A stretch of DNA of 64,000 bases, from contig JAZDKK010000062.1 in the NCBI GenBank assembly GCA_043803015.1, positions 391-64,390 on the forward strand, read 5' to 3'. Under the pieces are notes generated by a model. It was not told where the DNA came from. It did no database searches and was given only the letters and a program-made list of their open reading frames with translations. The translations under genes and the position numbers were made by a program. Positions 27,201 to 36,298 of the stretch are shown here, one piece after another. Source of the stretch: Verrucomicrobiota bacterium. Lineage in GTDB: Bacteria > Verrucomicrobiota > Kiritimatiellia > CAIQIC01 > JAGNIJ01. The first letter of the stretch is position 1. Each line of letters begins with the position of its first letter.

Positions 27201-30200
27201 GTTGAACAGGTACACCGTCCCGCCCGTGCTCACGCCGGTGGAGACGACGATGTTGTCAAAGCTGATGTCGAGGTCGTTGCCGTTGCTGTAGCCCAGGCTC
27301 TCCAGCCAGTCGCAGACCTGGTTGACGCGGTCCAGGTGGCCGGGGAACTGCTGTTCGGTCTTGGTGGAGCGGAACAGGGCCACGCGCGTCGGGAAGGCGT
27401 CGTTCCGGGACATCGGGGAGTGCTGCCAGTAGAGGTATTCGTAGAGCTCTTCCCACTCGACCGCGATGTTGGTGGAGATGCCCTTCGTCATCGACGTGGG
27501 CAGCGGCGAGGCCGGGCTGATGCCCCACTTGAGCTGCGTGGACTGCGAAGCCGCCGTCGCCACCGCGTTGCTCGCCGGGTCCTCCAGCCAGGTCTGCCAC
27601 GTGTACGACCCGCCGTCCGGCGTCGAGACATAGTTCGTGTCGCTCTGGTTCGCGTCGGGGATCCACATCCAGAAGACCTGCGAGCCGGCGCCCGTGACGT
27701 TCGTGGCGATCGTTTGGTAGACCTGCTTGCCGTTGAGCCCGCCCACGAGGGCGATCTTCAGGGTGAGGTTGGTCTTGCCGAGCGTGTCGTACTTGATCGT
27801 GATCGAGTAGTTCTTGTCGCCGAAAGGATGGATCACCGCCGGGGCGTCGGCGAGCTGGCAGATCAGGTTGTTGGTGCCGGCCGTGTACGCCAGGAACATC
27901 TCCTGGCCGTCCGGCGCGAGCGTGAGCTGGATCGTGCCGTCGCTGTTGGTCTCCAGGACCCGGCCCTGCTCGTACGCGCGGATGTTCCGGCCGAGCAACA
28001 GGGGGCTGGCGAGGGTGAAGGTCTGCGGATCGCCCCCGGTCTGGTTGGCCGCGAAGCGGTCGTACATGTAGTTCTTCACCTGCCACAGCGTGGCGCCGTT
28101 CGTGCAGGTGCGGTACTCCGCCAGGCACAGGAACGCGTTCGTGCCGAGCACCTGCAGCGGCGGCTGGACGCCGAAGTAGTCGCGGACGACGCTGCCGAAG
28201 TAGTCGTAGCGCCACTGCCACGGGAGGACGTCCATGTCCCAGTCCTCGTTGCCGTCGGGCAGCATGTCGCCGGAGGAGAACAGGAAGATGGCCGCCTTGG
28301 CCGTGCCGTGGTTCTTCACCACCACGGCCGGCGATTTGGCGTAGTGGTCCACGTACAGCGACCCATCGCCCGAGCCGGTGATCCGGATAATCCTCCGACC
28401 CTTGATCGCGTTGGAAGGCGCCACGGCATCCACTTTGTACTGCACCCAGGCGTTGCCCGGCGTGTTGGTGGTCAGGCGCGGGCTCTCGTTGGTGGAGATG
28501 ATCTGGCCGTTGTTGTCATACCACTCGATGGAGAGGTAGCCCTGCTTGCCGTTGCGCAGGGGGTCGTCGTTGTTGTTCCGCAGGTACGTGCTGAAGACGT
28601 AGCGGCCGAAGGGCGCCACCTGGAAATCCTGCCAGATCCCCGCGTCGCCCCACATCTGCAGCATGTTGGTCCCGTCCATGGGGAACCAGTGCTGGATCGT
28701 CATGTTGTTCGTGCTCCAGGCAAACCAGTTCGGGACGCCCTTGTCGCTGTCCTCGAACCCCTTGTTCCGGCGCACGTCCATCTTCGCCCACACGGTGCCG
28801 TCGAGGACCCGGACCTCGTCGTTGTACTTCCAGACCTGCGGCGTGCAGCGGTAGCCGTTGGTGAGGACGCCGGGTGCGTTGCTGAACACCACCGTGATCG
28901 GCACCGTGTTGCTGGCGATGTAGTTGCCCGTGCGGGGAGCCACTTCGAACCCGCCGGCGTCGCTGGCGTCAATGCCAAACAGCGCCGCCAGCTCGTTCGT
29001 GTAGCCGGGGAGAGGATTGCCGTTCTGGTTCTGCATGCCCGGCAGGTCCGCGCTGGCGAGGATGTGGATTCCCTTCGTGAGGACGTTTTCGCGGAGGAAC
29101 TGCAGGACGCCCTTGCCGGTCCCCGGCACCTCGGTGTCGACGCGCATGTTCCGGGGCAGGATGATCATCTTGTAGTTGGTATAGACGCCGGAGGCCAGGT
29201 CCTCCAGGTTCACGAAATTCGGCTCGTAGCCCAGGCGCTCCAGCGCGCCGGAGATCTGCTGCATCTCGCACTCGTAGCGGTTGAACTGGGAGTCGTTCGC
29301 CGCGGTCCACAGGAACGCCACGTCCGGTTTCGGATCCTTGGAGCCGGCGAGCAGGTTGTGGATGTTGATCTGGTCCATGAGCATGTAGGTGTCGCGCGAG
29401 ACCCAGAAGGCGGCCTTCACGTTGCGGTCGGCGTAGAGAACGCCGAAGCCCTTCTCGCGGTCCGTGATGTACGGGCGGTCATGCCAGGCGAAGATGTGCG
29501 TGCCGATCGCGCCCGCCTCGAGGCTCTCCCACAGCGCGTTGCGGATCAGGGGCCCCTGCCGGTACTCGTTCATGCCCGGCCACATGGTTTCCGAGCTGGT
29601 GAACCCGGTCTCGGTGTACAGGACCGGCATGCCCTGTGGGTCGTTGGTCGAGATCGTGACCTTCTTCGTGTAGGAAATGCCCCAGTGGCCGTTCTGCGAC
29701 TCGTGGCCCAGGATGGACCACGGGTAGTTGTTCACGGAGAAGAAGCTCAGCGGCGCGTTGGTGGCGGCGCACGCGCGCGTGATCTTGCCGCGGTCCTCGG
29801 CGTGGTACCGCCAGTCTTCCTCGCCCCACTGCATGCCGACGGTGGAGTAGGAGAGCAGGTGGTTCGTATCCGCCGCGCGGGCCGCGGCGGCGCCCGCCGC
29901 CGTGTAGCCGGCAATGGACTCCTCGCGCCACTGCACCATGTCCGCCCACTCCGCCCCCTCTGATCCGTACTCCCGGTACTGCTCGACGAACACGATGTTG
30001 GAGAACGCAGGATACGACGTGCCCCACTGGGCGTTCACGCTGGAGATGGTCCCGTACTTGACTTCACACCAGTTCCGGAACGCCTGCTCGCACTGCGGGT
30101 CGTAGCCGTCCAGCAGGCCGCTCCACAGGCCGAGGTAGCCGTACTCGTTGCCGACGATCCACGCCACGATGGCTTTGCTGTTCTTGTAGCGGCCGCACAC

Positions 30201-30764
30201 GTTGCTGAAGAATTCCGCGTACTGCGCGCGGGCCTGCGGGTGCTCGTAGTTGATGATGTCGGAAGACCACCGCCCCCCATGCCAGATTCCGCCCGAGTCG
30301 TAGTCCGGCGGGTGCATGGTGTACCACGCGTCCGGGAACCAGCCCGGCGGCCACTGGTAGCCGATCAGGGCGAAGATGCGGATGCCGCGCTGCTCGCAGG
30401 CCTGGATCAGGTAGTCGTAGTTCGCCCAGCTCCACTGGTTGTCGCCGGTCTCCTCGATGTGCTGCCACACGAAGTCGACGCGGATCGAGTTCGCACCCAT
30501 CTTCACCATCTCGTCCAGGTCGTAGTCGACCTGGCCGAAGCTCTGCCACACGCCCAGCGGCCGGTTCCACGTCTGGTACGCGATGCCGTGCGGCACCCAC
30601 GGCTTGCCGGAGCCCGCGTCCAAGAAGTAGCCGTCCTTCATCTTGATGAAGCCGTCGAACGCGCGAGCACTCGCGCTCCAACCTACGAGCAGCCCCACCG
30701 CAAGACCCACCGCGGCTCGGACCGCCCGTCCCCGGCGCCTCGTTTCAGACAGTGATTTTTGCAT
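21270..30764 (-). CDS. Giant secreted multidomain glycoside hydrolase (3164 aa). Domains: N-terminal GH42-like clan GH-A barrel plus GH42M-like domain, CBM-like modules, 3 tandem ~157-aa jelly-roll repeats, DUF1080/LamG-like modules, and three C-terminal CBM-like modules
   Basis: I prefer the start at ATG 30764. GGGAGGAG lies 6 nt upstream, and the signal peptide is MQKSLSETRRRGRAVRAAVGLAVGLLVGWSASARA. GH42-like motifs: IVGNEYGYLG and FRNWCEVKYGTISSVNAQWGTSY. The C-terminal module recurs three times (GVFYTNTTVDLSAYADGFLKFWLKSS.., GVFKTNTLDMAAYSNGFLRFWLKST.., GVFYTNNTTVDLSDYGNGYLKFFLKSS..). The track ORF 21270..30929 carries a 55-aa N-terminal extension that I reject. Confidence 0.88.
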   Translation of the reverse strand: MQKSLSETRRRGRAVRAAVGLAVGLLVGWSASARAFDGFIKMKDGYFLDAGSGKPWVPHGIAYQTWNRPLGVWQSFGQVDYDLDEMVKMGANSIRVDFVWQHIEETGDNQWSWANYDYLIQACEQRGIRIFALIGYQWPPGWFPDAWYTMHPPDYDSGGIWHGGRWSSDIINYEHPQARAQYAEFFSNVCGRYKNSKAIVAWIVGNEYGYLGLWSGLLDGYDPQCEQAFRNWCEVKYGTISSVNAQWGTSYPAFSNIVFVEQYREYGSEGAEWADMVQWREESIAGYTAAGAAAARAADTNHLLSYSTVGMQWGEEDWRYHAEDRGKITRACAATNAPLSFFSVNNYPWSILGHESQNGHWGISYTKKVTISTNDPQGMPVLYTETGFTSSETMWPGMNEYRQGPLIRNALWESLEAGAIGTHIFAWHDRPYITDREKGFGVLYADRNVKAAFWVSRDTYMLMDQINIHNLLAGSKDPKPDVAFLWTAANDSQFNRYECEMQQISGALERLGYEPNFVNLEDLASGVYTNYKMIILPRNMRVDTEVPGTGKGVLQFLRENVLTKGIHILASADLPGMQNQNGNPLPGYTNELAALFGIDASDAGGFEVAPRTGNYIASNTVPITVVFSNAPGVLTNGYRCTPQVWKYNDEVRVLDGTVWAKMDVRRNKGFEDSDKGVPNWFAWSTNNMTIQHWFPMDGTNMLQMWGDAGIWQDFQVAPFGRYVFSTYLRNNNDDPLRNGKQGYLSIEWYDNNGQIISTNESPRLTTNTPGNAWVQYKVDAVAPSNAIKGRRIIRITGSGDGSLYVDHYAKSPAVVVKNHGTAKAAIFLFSSGDMLPDGNEDWDMDVLPWQWRYDYFGSVVRDYFGVQPPLQVLGTNAFLCLAEYRTCTNGATLWQVKNYMYDRFAANQTGGDPQTFTLASPLLLGRNIRAYEQGRVLETNSDGTIQLTLAPDGQEMFLAYTAGTNNLICQLADAPAVIHPFGDKNYSITIKYDTLGKTNLTLKIALVGGLNGKQVYQTIATNVTGAGSQVFWMWIPDANQSDTNYVSTPDGGSYTWQTWLEDPASNAVATAASQSTQLKWGISPASPLPTSMTKGISTNIAVEWEELYEYLYWQHSPMSRNDAFPTRVALFRSTKTEQQFPGHLDRVNQVCDWLESLGYSNGNDLDISFDNIVVSTGVSTGGTVYLFNDDLEGTLTNWTTSGLWHLATDLSSSPTHSWAYNNGTNYNTGVRNSGTLETRWIDLTAVAGATLSFKSWYETEDTGTSWDRKLVYASVDGTNWTQLLQVSGPNKQWTTASYDLGTYAGQRIKLRFLFDTMDALYNTFKGWYVDDVKVAALSGTPVELFADTMESTTNWVGDGLWRLATNRAASGTKSWVYNNGSNYNTGVRSSGSLVSRWIDLTGISRATLAFKSWYRTEDTGTTWDRKLVYVSADGTNWAQVGQVSGSNQQWTAQALDLGAYSGQRIKLRFFFDTVDGLANQFEGWYVDDVKITTVSSAGMSVFSDAVEAGTNGWSAAGLWHQAGDLYAGPTHSWAYNNGSNYNTGARNSGALVTPWIDLTTAESATLSFQSWYETEDTGISWDKKLVYASTDGTNWTQVLQVSGPNKQWTMQSCDLSPFVGRQIKIKFFFDSVDGLYNSYRGWYLDNLNVRIVASGVLLFEPFNGGLGTGWTRAAGAANWTVEGGALRAWRIGNDDNILAAGDPAWTNYAVEANIRYNRQGPYLNNAELYLRYQNRDNFVKVLIQNFYGFWRLKYIVRVDTNNVTQGWIYEFSKTNQPAENTWYNLKVDAQGTNYTVYLDGKNVGSFGSPASFPYTSGRIAIGTTAGQLGIWEPQKGYFFIDDDEYSYWSAENPGGGTLGHPLNLDWGYLRTFYGTVILPSTFVMSDTEVSNVITWVHGGTYNVIATDGGIARKNEAGQDDLGRIESIFGVAPAVTTISGLNRLTVGTSDHYVALDYAPGAQLTAAGTGTDWTTVTSATAVVTADNGSSSIPAALCNLTGPDVWSPSKAFCFNFPVDTQGQLTNACRQLARRAFEWTRGEAHRVLVQLKCQTPAGGNYDFVVAQGMAWVLGGTGSTNVFFSLPTDGIMTGTNLYWAIFNYPWDAGYPWGAHAGFYTSINDGPGKFVSIPGIGLQIIGVGNKVFAGREWDLWVAWNAGSSNYIGEYGLKDREGLTSEDNFNDGNYSGWTIAANPNISWTVSNGALRATVVSTGGYAYITRDGLNVTGRNVTIEYTTRFMNGATNGGIVYAGRVLYVNPQLCGWNDTNVYLYYTNLVSTGAWQHVRLNVRDGDPYLRSDLFVNDRVVFMDEPIEVTNLTSASVGFLSSYYQGYTEWDNFRVADEQYGLVTQAVTGVYIPTNAFWPFVPDYDPGSWEHEGSTLGAQYEWYFYLRGGDAHSYSNTAVYFAPRLMVENPAFPTNMHSGQTVQVPVEWENLDQVPEALTIGLEDPYVGTSYVSQVFTVTNKTGTGWFPVTLPGAMPSGNNFLWVSYMHPTGSLNPLLERVGLDDTFRFNAQGLPVGPETTIIVTPPPGEEFTAYSDLGLPLGCNLWIWGSGSVDGNYTGITTPEGVKCIYATTASSIGYGVFYTNTTVDLSAYADGFLKFWLKSSTTVYVELEGPQGTKKNTTVPSTTNQWKEISIPITTFSSVVNLSKIMGLGAFTVYGLNTFYVDHIRWVRGVYRVYRDFGIPVGCTNLTWSGGAATFEPAYLGDTPPEGSTCYRASSGTWSKWGVFKTNTLDMAAYSNGFLRFWLKSTNALKVQLEGPQGTSRTNSVASTAGVWQEFQLPITNFGGVNLSQVYGLFSISSTTGATYLVDDVSWTRSTNVTPGIESKMFYSDEGIPQGSDIYVWKDVAYFSHVSPATNDGGFEQSTANGTFPNAGFWKPATAGGSATAQCTTAALYTGAAGLRNKTGTETGSVWCAPYQEHPAVGEDVFQAEAWVRQPSGQGWVSGSEAFVRMSFYDGWDTLLSSVTSAVRVTTAAQGWTQCSIPDTTATVNSAYVRLELVVQKPGSAGVSVADFDDVVLKQGNSFNGQYPGDPSPPEGARCFRSYCVNWSGWGVFYTNNTTVDLSDYGNGYLKFFLKSSGYTKVEIQSVAGGVTNTAIGAWYNPTTNSLGAAEWQHKVIPITNFAGVALSNIRSPFMGTDPTIDHAFYIDYVRWEKGP
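25805..27215 (-). repeat. Three tandem coding repeats of about 471-473 bp (about 157 aa) inside the giant gene
   Basis: The DNA block gacgtcgtccacgtaccagccc...gtgtcgaagaagaa..cttgatgcgctggcc recurs near 26770 and 26297, with a diverged copy near 25830. Protein units: LFNDDLEGTLTNWTTSGLWHLA...GWYVDDVKV, LFADTMESTTNWVGDGLWRLA...GWYVDDVKI, VFSDAVEAGTNGWSAAGLWHQA...GWYLDNLNV. Boundaries are approximate. Confidence 0.8.
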
Positions 30765-30863
30765 GGCCGGCTCCTCCCTCGCGTGCAGTTTCAGGACATC
30801 TAGGCTACGTCTCGTGCAGGCACCACGTTCGAACGAACTTGGCAGGACTATCACCCGCCGCTC

Positions 30864-31162
30864 GGGACCGTTCCCATCTTCACGCATTAAACACTTTGTT
30901 CCGTTTGAAGTCAATGCAAAACTGGTCACGTTCCCGGCCGTTTCCCAACCAAGGCCAGCCCGCCCAAAGAAATCGCCGCTTTCCTCAGCAAATAGCCCAT
31001 TTCACGAGCCAAACCGAATTCCCAACACCCCCCTCTGCACCCCCCAGATCGTGGCCGCCTAAGGCCCTGTGGCGGGACCGGTCCCCTCCATTCCATAATG
31101 ACAGAAATTACACTTGCGCCATTCTGGGACCGTGGTAGTATGAGAGGCGTGGGACCGTTCCC
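30864..31162. promoter_or_regulatory. Cluster of GGGACCG(T/G)TCCC near-palindromes in the 464-bp divergent intergenic region
   Basis: GGGACCGTTCCC at 30864..30875 and again at 31151..31162 (identical 12-mers). GGGACCGGTCCC at 31074..31085 is a perfect palindrome. A half-site GGGACCGTGG is at 31126..31135. The hairpin CCCGCGacggagCGCGGG is at about 31160..31177. Confidence 0.45.
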
Positions 31163-31228
31163 GCGACGGAGCGCGGGAGCGGTGGTTGGGTGTGAGAGAT
31201 CTCCTCTTCGGGGGGAGGAGGTGGAGGG

Positions 31229-31864
31229 ATGACGAGAAGACCCAAGCGCTGGGTGGCTTTGGGGTGCGCAGTGGGGTTGCTCCTGGGCAGGGTGCCGCTC
31301 CACGCGCAGGAACTCCAGAATCCATCCTTCGAACAGCCGATGGAATCGGGCATCTGGGGCAGCGACCGGGCGGCAAGCTGGGAGCGCCTCGGGGGCTGGT
31401 TCAACCGGGAGACGACATGGTCCCCCGTCTTCGACGGGGAGTGCATGCTCGCCTACCACCACTGGCAGATCAAGCAGAACGAGCCGTCGGTGGTCTATCA
31501 GGATATCGCCAACGTTCCCACCGGGAAGCTTTACACGTTCAGCATCAAGACCTTCAAAGACAAGTTCACTAATGCCGAGTTCGTGGAGCTCCGCCTGGAG
31601 CCGTTCCTGGGAGGAGCGCCGCTGGCCACGAACACCTACCGGATGAGCAATCTCAAGGGAGGGAAATGGAACGAGCTCTCCGTGACCGGCATGCCCGTCA
31701 AGGCGGGGGTCCGCGTGCTCGTGTGCGTGAAGCCCGGCCGCGGCAGCGAGCGCAAGGGAGCCCTCAAGTTCGACCAGGCTGCCTTCACGGTCAGGAATCA
31801 GTTCCCCTTCGGCGGGGGAGAGGTCTGGCGCGCCAGCTCGTACGGGATCACGCGAAGACAATAG
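31229..31864 (+). CDS. Small secreted CBM_4_9-like (galactose-binding-like jelly roll) protein
   Basis: A strong ribosome-binding site (GGAGGAGGTGGAGGG) precedes the ATG. Signal MTRRPKRWVALGCAVGLLLGRVPLHAQ. The N-terminal NPSFE motif and terminal KFDQAAF are typical of CBM4/9/22-like modules. Its 3' end overlaps the convergent apt gene by 17 bp. Confidence 0.7.
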   Translation: MTRRPKRWVALGCAVGLLLGRVPLHAQELQNPSFEQPMESGIWGSDRAASWERLGGWFNRETTWSPVFDGECMLAYHHWQIKQNEPSVVYQDIANVPTGKLYTFSIKTFKDKFTNAEFVELRLEPFLGGAPLATNTYRMSNLKGGKWNELSVTGMPVKAGVRVLVCVKPGRGSERKGALKFDQAAFTVRNQFPFGGGEVWRASSYGITRRQ

Positions 31865-32372
31865 GCGCGAAGACGTTGTACTTGGAGAGTTTCTCCCGGC
31901 CCTTGAGAAACGCCAGCTCGATCAGGAACTGGATCTCCACGATCTCGCCGCCCAGCTTCTCGATCAGCTGCGCCGACGCCGCGGCCGTCCCCCCCGTGGC
32001 CAGCAGGTCGTCGATCAGCAGGACCCGCGTCCCCTTCCGCAGGGCGTCCACGTGGATCTGGAGGGTGGCCGTGCCGTACTCGAGATCGTAGGAGGCCTCC
32101 AGCGTCTGGTAGGGAAGCTTGCCTTTCTTGCGGATCGGCACGATGCCCGCGCCCAGCTGGGCGGCCACCGCAGACCCGAAAATGAACCCTCGCGCCTCGA
32201 TGACGCACACCTGGTCGATGCGGTGCCGGGCGTGCCGGCCCGCCAGGGTGTCCACGGCCAGCTTGAACAGCGCGGGGTCCGCCAGCACCGGCGTGATGTC
32301 CTTGAAGACAATGCCCTTTTTCGGCCAGTCGGGCACGTCGCGGATCGCTGCTCGGAGTTGGTCGATCGTCAT
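31848..32372 (-). CDS. apt: Adenine phosphoribosyltransferase
   Basis: KKGIVFKDITPVLADP, CVIEARGFIFG, and the PRPP-binding motif VLLIDDLLATGGTA. 174 aa. Confidence 0.95.
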   Translation of the reverse strand: MTIDQLRAAIRDVPDWPKKGIVFKDITPVLADPALFKLAVDTLAGRHARHRIDQVCVIEARGFIFGSAVAAQLGAGIVPIRKKGKLPYQTLEASYDLEYGTATLQIHVDALRKGTRVLLIDDLLATGGTAAASAQLIEKLGGEIVEIQFLIELAFLKGREKLSKYNVFAPIVFA

Positions 32373-33220
32373 CCGTGGGCCCTCCTGGGTTTCGCGGCCC
32401 TCGGGCTGTCACGCTGCTCCAGCATGTCGCGGAGCCGGAGGACGGTGGCATTCTGAATCTGCCGCACGCGCTCGCGCGTGATGTGAAACCGTTTGCCGAC
32501 CGTCTCCAGCGTCTCGGGCTTGACCCCGCGCAGGCCGTACCGGAACTTCAGGATGTCCCGCTCGCGGCGGCCGAGGCGGTCCAGCAGGCCCTCGATCTCG
32601 GCACGCAGCTGCCGGTCGTTGATGTCGTCGTACGGCGTCCGGCCCTTCTCGTCGCCCACGATATCGCCCAGTTCGCCCCGGTTGTCGTCTCCGATCGGCG
32701 CATCGAGCGAGGCGGGCCTCAGCGAGAGCGTCTGCCACTGGGACACCGTGCGCGCAGGGACGCCCAGTTTCTTGGCCAGTTCCTCGTCGGTCGGCTCGCG
32801 GCCCGTCTTCTGGGTCAGGGCACGCTGGGTTCTCCGCATCTTGGAAATCTTGTCCACGAGATGGGCCGGGAGCCGGATGGTCTTGCTCTGGTTGGCGAGC
32901 GCGCGCTTGATGGCCTGCTTGATCCACCACGCGGCGTACGTGCTCAGCTTCCCGCCCTTCTTCGGGTCAAAGCGCACCACGGCCTTCATCAGCCCGATGT
33001 TGCCCTCGGAAATCAGGTCGAGGAGCGGCAGGCCGTAGCGGGCGTAGTCGTGGGCGATCTTGACGACGAGGCGAAGGTTGGCCCGGATCATCAGCTGGCG
33101 CGCTTCCTCGTCGCCCCGCTTGATGCGCTTGGCCAGCTGGACTTCCTGCTGCCGAGTCAGCAGGGCGGTCTGGCCGATCTCCCGCAGGTAAATCCGTATG
33201 CCTCTGTCTTCTGTTTCCAT
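32369..33220 (-). CDS. RNA polymerase sigma factor, RpoD/SigA-like (sigma-70 regions 1.2-4, no region 1.1)
   Basis: YLREIGQTALLTRQQEVQLAKRI (region 1.2), DLISEGNIGLMKAVVRFDPKKGGKLSTYAAWWIKQAIKRALANQSKTIRLPAHL (region 2), HITRERVRQIQNATVLRLR (region 4.2). Its TGA overlaps the apt ATG (ATGA at 32372..32369). Confidence 0.9.
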   Translation of the reverse strand: METEDRGIRIYLREIGQTALLTRQQEVQLAKRIKRGDEEARQLMIRANLRLVVKIAHDYARYGLPLLDLISEGNIGLMKAVVRFDPKKGGKLSTYAAWWIKQAIKRALANQSKTIRLPAHLVDKISKMRRTQRALTQKTGREPTDEELAKKLGVPARTVSQWQTLSLRPASLDAPIGDDNRGELGDIVGDEKGRTPYDDINDRQLRAEIEGLLDRLGRRERDILKFRYGLRGVKPETLETVGKRFHITRERVRQIQNATVLRLRDMLEQRDSPRAAKPRRAHG

Positions 33221-33334
33221 AGAGAAACACGCCGACCAGGGACCGGCCGTTCAGAGCTTAGACAGGGTACTGCATCTCCTGTTCGCCGAATCTTGCCAGA
33301 CCTTTTTCATAAAGCAAGTCCCACAGACAACGCA

Positions 33335-33363
33335 GGCTCCGCCCCGGAGCCCGGGGCGGAGCC
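33335..33363 (-). terminator. Putative intrinsic terminator downstream of ppdK: perfect 13-bp GC stem with a 3-nt loop
   Basis: GGCTCCGCCCCGG-agc-CCGGGGCGGAGCC lies 29 bp past the ppdK stop. On the minus strand it is followed by the moderately U-rich ugcguugucugug. Confidence 0.55.
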
Positions 33364-33391
33364 TGCCCATGAAACCGCGCTGGGCCGGCGG

Positions 33392-36166
<2,775 letters not shown>

Positions 36167-36298
36167 GGTCGTGTTGCTCCTGTCGTTCGCGTGTCTGTTG
36201 ATCGTTGGGTCGGATTGGAAGAGCGGACATGCTAGCAGACGCCCCCCGGGTGTCAAGCGCCCGAACCCGTGGGCTCGGAGGGCTGTTCCGTGGGAGCG

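Noticed and set aside
23292-29963. 2223-aa plus-strand ORF
   Set aside because: It is the antisense shadow of the 21270..30764 gene, with the same low-complexity R/V/A/G composition.
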